Shown in pieces: positions 12,201-24,200 of a stretch of DNA of 64,000 nt. The notes below the pieces were generated by a model. The model was not told the DNA's origin. It was given only the letters and a program-made list of their open reading frames with translations, and did no database searches. How positions within the stretch are numbered: the first letter of the stretch is position 1; every line of letters starts with the position of its first letter. Location: the NCBI RefSeq assembly GCF_008831285.2, contig NC_045138.2:23436001-23500000 (forward strand). The letters are read 5' to 3'. The position numbers were made by a program, and so were the translations under genes. The stretch comes from Nymphaea colorata (lineage: Eukaryota).

Positions 12201-15200
12201 TGTTGTTCTTAATTGACATGGAGGTATAAAAGATTAAAAGTTGCTCCTCGAAAGGCTATAGAAGTTCTTTTTTAGCGTCAAGTGCCAATCTCCTCTTGAT
12301 GCCATGGTATTCAATTTCGTTCTACCCGCTTGATGACAAGGAACATTCCAATAAAGGTTACTTTTTTCTATTTTAGAAGAAGTTTCTTGTGTTGCTTCTC
12401 CTGTTGTTCTTTTGTCATTGTTTGCATGGTTATGATAACTAATTTGCCTTTCTCTGTTTCATTTTGCCCAAAAAAAATGGCAAAATGTGAAAGATTTGTC
12501 AAAATACATGTTCCTCATGGAGATCCTTTGGAGATTCACTCCATTCTATCGGTTATGTTGATGGATGCTCACTATTTATTTGCTTATTTAGTTGCTTTTG
12601 TCAAATCTATCATTATTTAATGATATTATATACTTCATTGTTCTAATCTTGAAGCTTATACTTGAACTTTGAGGCTTACTTCCCACCTCATGACAAGCTC
12701 AATGCCTTGCTTCGCCTCATTGCCTTTAACAACCTTGCATAATTTTCTTCTAATATTATGCATTTTCAATGTGATAGTGGAGGAAAGTATTCCTCGAGTG
12801 ACTCCATTGATTGTTTCCGAAATAATGGATAACAAGTATTTTGCCCACATACTGCCCAATCAAATGGGTTGTCGAACATAAGCACTGGCGCATTGTTCGA
12901 ATGACGTCATTGATTTTTCCGAAATAATGGACAAGTCGACACGTATGTTTCCCACATACTCCTCAACCAAATGGGTTGTTGAGCATAATCACTGTCACAA
13001 TGTTCAAAGTGGCATGAATATGCTGATATTAATGTGCCCATTAATGTTTGGACCGAGGCCTTTGATACTGCTGTTTATATGATTAATTGTTTGCCCATGA
13101 CGATTTTACTTATTAATTTCACCCTTTTTGGACAACATCCTACTTATGATGAGTTGTGTCTTTGCTGTGTATGTTACATTCATATCATTATATTTTTAAG
13201 GAACAAGTTTCAAGACAAAGTAGTGAAATCGATGTGCAGATGGTATAAAGGATACAGATGCTATGATCCTGTTGCCATGCACATCAAAGTTTGTAGAAAT
13301 GTGGTAATCGATGAGCATAATTTCGAAGATATGCAGTGGTTGCAGCGTGAGACACCTCAGTGGAAGGTTATGATCCTTAGATGAGTACATAGCTATTTGC
13401 TAGTTCAAACTAAGGTTGTAACCTTCTTGTTTGTCCTGTCCATCCTTGTCTTATCCATCTTCCAACTTTAGTGAAGAATTAGACGAACCAACAATTACTA
13501 CAAGAGATGTCAAACATCAATCCGATGTTTTCCTGGTCAAGTTTATGCTGGAAAAGAAAGGGTCCAAATTCAAATAATGCATAAGATGAGCTGAGGCAAT
13601 CTACAAGATCTGAGCGAATTCGACCTTTAATCCAATGATTGGTGAGTATTTTTTCTTTTTTTTGGTATTTCTAGTTATTTGTATATCAGGTCAAACAGGA
13701 TGAGTCCAATTCTGTTAATTATGTTGTTAAATCATGTCAGTGGGTAGAGACTATGAATGAGTGGATGAAAGCCTCCATGAGTGCTAGACTTAGATGTAGT
13801 CCATAGGGGATATGACCTGCCTTGGGGAGGGCCACCAAGGTTCGGACCCGGGCTGTCACAAGGACGCAATGTAGAGGTTGGACGCCCAACATAAATTGGG
13901 AAGATTGAGAGAACACAAACAGAGGTAGGAATGCTACCCATGCATAGGAGAGCTCGACTTCTATGGCTGAGTTGCCAAGAATAAGAAAGTACCCTCTTTA
14001 TGGTGCAGAGAGGTTGACATTGAAGGTCCTTCAAGATGCCCATCAAGGCAGCTTCACTGGTGAGAGCTTGCGGTGTTTGGGAGTTGGCCAAGTTGCCCGA
14101 CGTAGATGTAGTCCTAGGAGAGCTTGTCACAATCACGAACTGTTTAAGTTGCCCAGTTCTGCAGCTTCAACAAGGAGAGCTTGTCAGTTGGCCTATGAGC
14201 AAGATGCACACAGAGATCTAAGGTGGCCAGAAGGATGGACTGGCCTTTAGCCTTCCTTGGAATTGACAGATAGAGAATTAAGGAGTAGAACACCAGAATT
14301 GAGGGCGGAAGAAGAAGAAACAATTTTTTTATTTCATCACCCTAAGCCCAAACATATCCCAATTTGGGCCTTTTACAAAGGTTAAATAGAAAATGAAAGC
14401 AAATAGGTGGGAAGACATGAACAGAAAAATAATTTGAAATGATTTGCATCCTAATTCCTAATCCTTTCCTAGAAGAAGCCGATACTTTAGCCAAGCATCT
14501 GCCATGTGCATGGGTGGACTTGTAACAGCTCGTCATGAATGGGAATGCTTATCAATAATTTCCTTTGTGTGTAAGTCATGATAGCTGCTCCTCAATGGCA
14601 AGTTTTCTTCATTTCTTTGCATATTTATTGAACCACCTGTATGAGACACATCTCACCTCCTTTTCTTGCCTTTCACAACAGACAAAACATAATAATGAAT
14701 TTTGTCTTATTAGGCACCTCAAACTTAATTGCAAGAGGAGCCTTTCATTACACTCCACACTTTTCGATATCTTTAGGAAGGGTCAAATATTGCAGCAGCA
14801 CCTTCTTCGGTAGAATTCTTGATGAGACCCATTTGAGATCCGTTTTAATTTCGAATCCATTTCACTTGGATCAAATGGATTTTGATCTTCACATTTGAGA
14901 ATAAATCATGGATCCAAATGTTGTTGACTACCAAGAATGAAGGTTTGAACCCAAAGAATTTGAGGTTTTGACCAACTGTGCTGGTCATGGCTGGGCTGTG
15001 GGTGTGCTGACCTAGGTGGGTGCACATCACTAGGACTCAAGGGAAAGATGTTATTGGCTTTAAATGGCTGTACAAGATTAACTATAAGCCTAATGAAAAC
15101 ATTGAAAGGTACAAGACCAGGCTTGTAGCATGTGGTTTTAAGCAATAGTATGGTCAGGATTATGATAAACCTTCAATCCTGTAGTTAAGATGGACACTGT

Positions 15201-18200
15201 TGTATCATTACACCACTAGCAGTGAAGCATGGATTAAAGCCAAATAAATAGGACATAGAAAATGTTTTCCAACATGGAGACTTAAACATGCCTACATGAA
15301 GCAGCCCCCTGGATATACTATAAAAGATCCCCACATTTGGGTATTCAAGTTGAGAAAATCTTTCTATGGTTTGAAGCAGGCATCATGTCCTGGTTTGATA
15401 GTTTCTCCCTCAAGATTCAAGGTTGTGGTTTTCGTAGGTGTGCTGTTGAGCATTGTCCCTTTATTGATCAAGAACAAGGATCTACTACCTTATCGTTGAC
15501 ATATATTGATGATATTATTATCACAAGAAGTTCAAATATTTGCAGTTATTAGTGCCGACCTTCAAGATGAAGGATCTTGGGAGTTGAGATACTTTTCTTG
15601 GGAGGTGGACAAATAAGGAGATGTTTTTAACTATGATACAGCAGAAGTACAGACAAACTTTAAGCAAGGAACAATGAAAAACTGTAAGCCTGTGAGTAAT
15701 CCTAGTATGCTGCTTTAGAGACTGAGTTCTAAACATGGCAATTTATATGCAGACCGACGAGGAATCAAAGTATTGTTGGGATACTTCAATTTCTTATATT
15801 TACAGTACCATGCTTTATTCTACTAATTAGTTATCACAATTTATGCATGCACTTAAAGGGATGGAACTTTGGATGCCATAAAGAGAATCTTAGGGTACTT
15901 AAAAGGTTTTGTGGGTGATGGGCTGGTATCTGAAGAAGCAAATGTGTAAATAGAGGACACAATCTTGTTGCTTATACAGATGCAGATTCAGCTGAATATC
16001 CCAATGAGAATTTTGTTTCTGGATTTGTATTTCTATTGCGCAAAACCTTGTGTTGTAAAGTAGTTGAAAACAAAGGGAGCAGAAAAAGCTAGTATTGAAG
16101 CCGAATATAGCTTCATGGCAGCTGGGACTGTTGAAGCCATGGGTTCTGTTACTTGTCGAGGATTTAGGAGGTGTCACTTGTTGATGTTTGATAATCATAG
16201 TCCTGTTAAAATTATGTTCACCCTATTCATCATAGCTACACTAAGAATATTGAGATGGATTGACATACAGGTCACAAAAGGTGTAGGATAGACAGATCAA
16301 GTCCTATCATCTTTGGATGGGAATCAGATTGTTGATTTGTTTATTATAGGGCTAACCAATATCAATTTTGCTATTGAAGAACAAATTGTGCATGGTCCAG
16401 GATCATGTACAACTTGAGGGAGAATGTTAAGATGTGAGATCCGTGCTGTGGGCTCAATCTCATGTTCATATAGAAAATCCAATTGCTGATTTGCTCACTG
16501 AAGGGCTGACAGAGTATCAATTTTGGCTATTGAAGAACAAGTTATGTACGGTTGAGCCATGTACAACTTGGCAGGTGTTAACTTGTGTAATCGTGCTTGG
16601 AATTATGCCCAGATTCAAACACATCTAATATGGGGTGCAGGTATGAATTAAACATGTGTATACTGTTCTCATTGATGTTGTATTTTATTGATGTAACAGA
16701 GGCATTATTGTCCACTTTGTAGTCATGCTTATGATCATTATGAATTATAGTTGAACCGTTGAGAGCTGAATTTGTTGCCTCTACACCCTCCCTTCACAAC
16801 ACCACTCTTTCCTTTTCACTTCTTGATAGGATAATATCATGGTGATTAAAAGCAGATCTGATATCACAAAAAATTTTTCCAAAAAAAAAGGCTGCAATAA
16901 TCTTTTGCTAGGGTGTTTTGGTACTGCAACAGGCTTGACAGCCTAGACATTGGTGGAGGGCTGAACATTCTGTCACATATGCGATGAACAAAAAAAAAAA
17001 AGAAAAGAAAAAGAAAAAGAGAACCAATTTTTGATCAGTCATTCACTCCGTCAAAATTGATGAATCCTAAAAATGGACAGATTCATTCTCTGGGGTGTTG
17101 ACCATGCCCAAGTCCAACACCGTCAAATGCATGCCTGAGGTGTGTCTAGACCCATACGCATGTTGAGATGGGTGTGTCCCACACAAACAGAGTGTCCATG
17201 TGACATAAAAATTGACTTGCGTGGTTTAAGCTGACAAATTCTTTACTAGAATGATAGACAAAAGTAGGCTTAACAGATTAGACAACATTATCATCAATTC
17301 TATCAGAACATGTATTGTTGCTTACATTTTCACAAAATGGTTGGTCTTATGGGTGCCAGAGGCTTGGTTCCAATTGCTATAAATTTTTGGCAAGCACTTG
17401 GCTGAAATTTACCTGCATAGTACTAAATAAACTTCTTTTGTTGTTTTGCCAGTAACTTTTTATACTATTCTTTCTTTAGGGTGTTGCTGTTGCGCTTCCT
17501 GTTTATTTTGCAACGGAAAGGTAAAAACTGGTGCATTATGGTGGATCTTTTTTTGGTGAAGAGTCAGTTATTTACCTGATGAATGAAAGTGCCATTATGC
17601 TGTTAATTGATGCTTTTATGTTGGGTTTTCTAAACCCAATAGACTATTTTTCAACCTCTACTTGAAGCAATTGTCGCAATTGAGGCTCCTTTTGTATGAA
17701 AATGACGTGAAACGAATGGCCCCTCTCTGTCAAACTTTTTTAGAGCTGAGGCAGTTAGCAGTTACAATTTAGGGATGCTACCATTTGTTTCAACCTCCAC
17801 ATGAAGCAGCTTCAACAACATGCAAATGAGCGTCCTATTTCATTAAAGTGAGGTGAAATAAATCCTCCCAGTGCAATTTTTTATATTTCAAGCACTTGGC
17901 AGTTACAATGTGGGGATGGTACCATAGTTTAACAAATATCAAGAAATTCTGGCAACACGGTCAACTCAAAGCCAGAAACGTGGTGTAATTCTGTTTCTAT
18001 AAACTTTTTCCACAAGTGCTTCATTTGTTCTGAATGTAGAGGTGTCTAATGATTGGTTCCTTGTTGGTGCTGATGTTATAGCACAGCAAATGGCAGGCTT
18101 TCAAACTGGCAGCACTTTCTGGTTTTGCTGAGCCTTTAGGTGTAATTCTTGTAGGTATGTGTCTCACTCTGCAGGTCTTTATTATTTTGATATGAAAAAC

Positions 18201-21200
18201 ATTCTGATATGAGCTAGGGCACATGCTTTTTTCCACTTAGTAACTTTTTTCATTTTTTTTCTTTATTTTTATTTTAGCAAGTGTATGCTCTTAGTAGTTT
18301 TCATGAACTTTCAGGCAATCAAGCAAACATTGTCTATGTTCTAGGTGTATGGAGAGTATAATCAAACTCTCCAAAATGAAAAATAAAAATAAAAAAGATG
18401 TACACTAGTTTTTGTTCTGTATGTAGTTCAGTAAGCCCATAGTGCTTCCGGCAATCTTTCATGCCAATTACCATCTTTTTCCGACCCCACCCACCACCCC
18501 GTCTCAGCCCTTTGACTCCTAGGCACTACATCATATATGGGCGAGGAGTTCAAGGGTTGGAGTCCCTTCCAGTCCCAGTGGCTCCACTATGTCCTTCCTC
18601 CCTAAAAACATATGGAATTCAATGGTTTTACCCACACACCTAATTTAAATATATTTTAGGTGACATAAGTTTTGTATACACTTTCAGTTTCATTGCCACA
18701 TTTTTTATGGCCCTGGCAGACTCCTTAGATGATCTTGGTTAATGTTTTCCTAAATTGCAGCTTATCTGTTCCCAAGCAGCCTTTCACCAGAAATTTTGGA
18801 AGGTTTACTGGGATCAGGTACTTAATGTTGCTCCTTGGAATTGACAATGAAATGTATGTGAACTAATATTGACACCACTGAATGCTTGCTGTTTCAATTT
18901 TCTTGGCAGTTGGGGGAGTGATGGCTTTTCTCACCTTGCATGAGATGCTTCCCATGGCATTTAATTATGCAGGTCAAAAACAAGCTGTCAAGGCTGTTTT
19001 CTTGGGAATGGCTGCTATGTCTGCCAGGTATTTCATAACCTTGAGAGTATCTATTGAAACTTGATAATCCCTGAGTATCAACCTGCTAAGCACACTAAAA
19101 CACTCTAAAGGTTAGGGTTAACATTAACCCCACATCAGAACTTTTTCCTTAATTAGAAAATCAGGGGTACACTTAAGTATGATATGAAGAAATGGGTACA
19201 CACTGAAAATGGGTCCATATTGACAGTTGACCGTACCCAAATTTATTACACTTCTTTTCTACATGCTGCCTCTATTTTTTTTAAAAAAGACTTTCAGGTC
19301 CCACTTCATACCAAATACACCCTCCCTTAAAAATTAAGCCTTATCCTGAAGGCATGAAGGTAGTAAACCTTTGCTGCGGCTCAAGGAAATCCTCCCAAGT
19401 TGTGAAGGAGCTTCCAGCCCCTGCCATTCAATCAGCCACTGGGTGTTGATTCGTCTGCATTCTTGAACTTCCTTCACCACAGTACTTGGAAAAGGAAAAC
19501 TGGATCAGTTGAACTGGATGGAAGGAAAATAATCTCCAAGTTCTGGGATGTGTTAGGGATGTGTGTCTTCAGGGATGATATGTGAAAAACTGGATGGATG
19601 GTTGAGTTATTGGTCAGTCTCACTTGGAAGGGCCCTGACTATTTGGCTGACAGCTTATGAGTACCTGAAGTCCTCCTTTGAACATTCCTGGTTGTTAGAT
19701 TCTTCAAATACACCCGGTCCCCTACCTGATATTTCTTGTCTCTTCGGTTCTGATCATGCTGCTGTGCCATTCTATTTTGCACAGCTGCAAGTCTATCCTT
19801 GATCACCTTTAGCACCTCATATCTGCTAAGCTAGTTGGATCTCTACCTCATCAAGGGTGTGCTTCATGACAACTAAAGTTGTGTGTCTGGTGGAGGCCTG
19901 CCATATACAACTTCAGAGGGGCTGTGTTATAAGTGAATTCAGCCCAGGACAGGTAATTTGTGTAATTATGTGGCTGGAGTTCTGCATCAAGTAGGTCTCC
20001 AAAACCCAATTCACCACTTCTGTTTGCCCATCGGTTTGTGGGCGGTGTACAATGCAAAATAGTTTTGCCGAAAACTACTCAAGAAGAATGGATCATAGTC
20101 ACAATCAATTTTCGCATCCCACCTAATTTTCCGACCTCTTCTTGGAAAGCCTTGGCAACATCCTTAGCTGTGAATGTGTGTGCTAAGGCAATGAAGTGCG
20201 TACTTAGACAACATGTCAACCAGTCGTATCTGTGTCATTCAATACGGATGCACATCGTACAATATGTATCATATACATCGGCAAAACCTACACAATACAC
20301 CTACTAGGTGTATCAGTATTGTACGATACTGCCGATCCAGCCCATACCTTACGATACAATGCAATTTTTAAAAAGGGAGCACGATGCCCCTTTTTGATTT
20401 TTTCTTTTTCAAAACCGCTTGTTTTGTTCCATTTCTAATACTTCTAAAGAGGTTTAGGAGAGAGAATTTTTTACTGGTTTTAGAGAGAAATTGTCAACTA
20501 AATCATCAATTTGAGGGGAAAACTGCCGATTTGAAGAGAGATTTGCTCGTGGGTAATCCATTTGTGTTTGGAAAAGAGGGCTTTTGTGTTTCTTCTTCTA
20601 CCAAAGTTATACAATCCCTCAATTTCAAGTTTTACTTATATTTCTATTGTTTTCTAAAATTTACCATATTTCTATTTATTTTGTGAAGATATTTGTTTTA
20701 TTTTCTTAATGCATTGTTAACACGTTGTGCCTTATGAATGATGAATCACGAATGTTCGTTACGTGTTATGAGTTTTTTATATAGAACATTTTTCATGTTT
20801 TTTCTGAATTTTATCTATTTTTTCTGCTTTTGCCTATTTCTTTATGAATTAAAAAAATGAATTTACGATATGTTTGTGATACATTACAATATATTACGAT
20901 CCAGCATATAGGTCAGCTCGATCAATGTGCGTTACAATATGCATTTTAAAACATTGATGTCAACAACAACTGATGTGACTGTCTTTTCTTTTGACCTTGG
21001 CAGTCCCTTGATGAAATCCGTCGAGATGTCCTCCCAAATGTGTTAAGCTATAGGAAGAGGTTCAAGGAGCCCTGCTGGTTTAAGGGTCTTGTACATATTA
21101 CACAAGACTGAACAAATTCCTGATTTTTTGTCTCATCCCTAGACAATAGAATATGCATCTGATCCTCTGATACGTGCTTTCGATTCCCCCATGTCTTGCT

Positions 21201-24200
21201 GCCTTGTCATCATGGAAATTGGCAAGCACAATGGAGGTGAGTCCCAAATCCAGTGGTATGAATATTCTTTTTTGAAAGTACAAACAAGGTTCCAACCACT
21301 CATATCCATATGTCTGCACCCCATGTCATTCTCTTACTTCACTCTAATTTTTTGGACTGATCGTGAAGTACGATGGGCAGCTTCTAGTTTTCTCTACGAT
21401 TCAGTGATTGGGCTGAGAAATTATGTTCATCAGCATGGTGTTACCCTCATGGTCCCTGTTTATGGTTTACCTCAATCTGCCTTGATAAGCCATTAACCCT
21501 GATATTTTCTGATCCCTTCTTGTATATGACATCAAACTCATACCCCATTTTTGCTGCACTGGGATGTGCGTCTTTTGCCGCATGCAAAACCTAAGGTTGC
21601 TATGGTTAGTGTATCTGAAACCTTCTTCGAATCAAGTAAGAATGCCATTTTTGAACTGCTAGCACAATGGCAATAAGTTCTTTTTTATACGCAGATCTGC
21701 TCTTGAATCTTTCTCCCATCACTCTGCTGAAAAAGGCCACCGGATGTCATCCTTGCACTAATACTGCGTTGGTTCCTACTTCGGAAGCATCTATCTTGAT
21801 TTAAAAGGGTTCAAATTAGGAAAGGTTAGGACTGGAGCATTTGTAACAACTTCCTTCAGCCTAGAGAAGCCTATTCACCCCTCTTCAGTCCAAGCAAATA
21901 AACATTTGTGTTAAGGGGGTAACAATGGTGCCAAAATTTCTGATGAATCTTTGGTAATACCTTGCTAACCCCAGAAATGCCCTTAGTCCCGTTAATGTTT
22001 TTGAAGACACCCAGTCCCTTTTGGCAGCAACTTTTTCATGCTCCATGAACACCTCTCGATCCTTAATTATGTGACCTAAATGATTTACTTGAGGCCTTTC
22101 AAACAAGCACTTGGAGGCCTTGGCATGCAGGTGATGTTGTTGAAGGAGCTGTAACACTGTCCTTAATTGCTTAAGATGTTATTCTAAGCTGGTGCAGTAA
22201 CGACCCGACCCACTTCTGAGCTTGAGCCCTTGGTCGGATGGATCCCGACCCACCCCCTAGTAGTTTCGGTTCCAGTTAAAAAAAAGCTAGGAACTAGGAC
22301 AAGCAACCACTTTAGCAACCCTCTTTATAAGCCCTTGAAGATTTGTTCCAATTTTCTATACAAGACTAAACTTTTGGGGTGTTAGAATCCACCCCCCTTA
22401 ACGCACTCGCGTCCTTGCGTGTGGGAGACCCTTGGTCCAAGTGTTGAAATTGTGATTTGATACTACTATAACGACCTGACCCACTCTTGAGCTTGAGCTC
22501 ATAATCCGACGGATCCCAACCCACTCCCTAGCAATTTCGTTTCCAGCTTGAAAAGGGCTAGGAACCAGGGCAGCTGACCACTTTAACAATCATCTTTATG
22601 AGCTCTTGAAGATCTCTTACAATCTTTAATACAAGACTAAACTTTTGGGGTGTTCTTACGCAAAAAGCGCCAAGCCATATGATGAATGTGAGTGCACTTG
22701 TCCTATGCAAGGACATGGTAAAAAAAAAAAATCTGGTATGCCGGACTCTTCTGGATACCCAATACCTTTCCACTTATCTAGAAAGTGAAGTAAAATATTT
22801 AGTTCCTTCCTATGAAGGACATATAGATATAAATTTAGACTGGTTTGAACAACCCAAATATGTGTTAGATAACACAAGAATAAAAAACTGTTTAGAACAA
22901 ATAGGGATAAACTCTAGTTATCCTGAACTTGATGATATAATCTCGAAACTCTCTAAGTTAGAAATATTAGATGAAAATCCCCAAAAACATTGGGAGAAAA
23001 ATAGTGTTAAATATAAACTTGACACTATTAAGTAGCAGGATAACCTCTCAGAGTAACACGATGTTTTTCTGGATTGGTATCAGAGCAAAACACTCCTTGT
23101 TAAATGTCACACGTATACAATTGATCCTTATCAAGAGAATGTTAAATTCTAATCCATGAGCGAAACTAGAACTATACTCTTTCTAGGAAGATCTCGTATT
23201 TTGCGAGGAACACCCTCTTTTGAGAATCAGACACACCTATCTTTTTTAGGTGAAACTTTGTGTACACATAGAGATAGTGTCTCAACGTCTAACACTCACA
23301 ATTTATATGTAGACAAGCTTGCTGACATTCTTGAAGATCAGCAAGAGAGACAACTGCGTTAGGTCCTAAACCTTGAAACTCTCTATCATCACAATGAATG
23401 TAGAAGATTGCATGGTAGATATATTCACAATGGAGAAATTGCCACGTCTGTCCTAAAAAATCAGGCAGAAACAATTCCTTTATTAAGCCCCGAAGGTGTT
23501 CGACTACTTAAAAATAGAGGTTACAATTTAATTCATATAGATTAATTGTTGTTAAAGTCAGACCACTCCACAGGATAAACACATGAGCCAAGTGTTTTAT
23601 TATGGTTCTTGACCAAATATTCCAAAAAGCTACTAAAGCTAATCTAGGACCTATGGAAATAGACCTAAATAGCAGAGCAGAAATGATTTATTTAACCCCG
23701 AATGCCTACATGAGTATTTGAGATTTTTACAAATATTTGTGTATCCATATCCAGACGTGTAGATACGAAGATATGATAGAAGGAGATAATCACTTAGTAT
23801 CAGTTGTTGTAGTTGGGAGACTCAGCATTTCAGCAACAATGATCAGGTAAAATGCAATTTAAACATTCAAGGCATTGTATATGCTATTGCATCACAAGGC
23901 ATAAAATAAAACCTAAAGCCTACAATTCAGAAGAACTAGCAGGTTTAGAATTGAACGTGGGAAAGTTTGTTGATGAAGGAACATCAACGTCTGTCCCTCG
24001 AGATGCCATACGCTATGAAGATAGGCATGGACAAGTCATTAGGTTAATAACCATAATGATAATTCCCAATTATCAACCTATTAGGCACATTCGTGCACTC
24101 TAAAGACTAGGGTTAACCATAACCGCAAATCAGATATATTGTAAGAAACAAACACTTGATCCAGTACTCATGCGACATGACCTGGCCCGGATCAAATTTG

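Noticed and set aside
22196..22660. Cassandra (5S-bearing) TRIM or retrozyme identity
   Set aside because: I could not see a 5S rRNA A/C-box segment or a hammerhead core (CTGANGA...GAAA) in the repeats.
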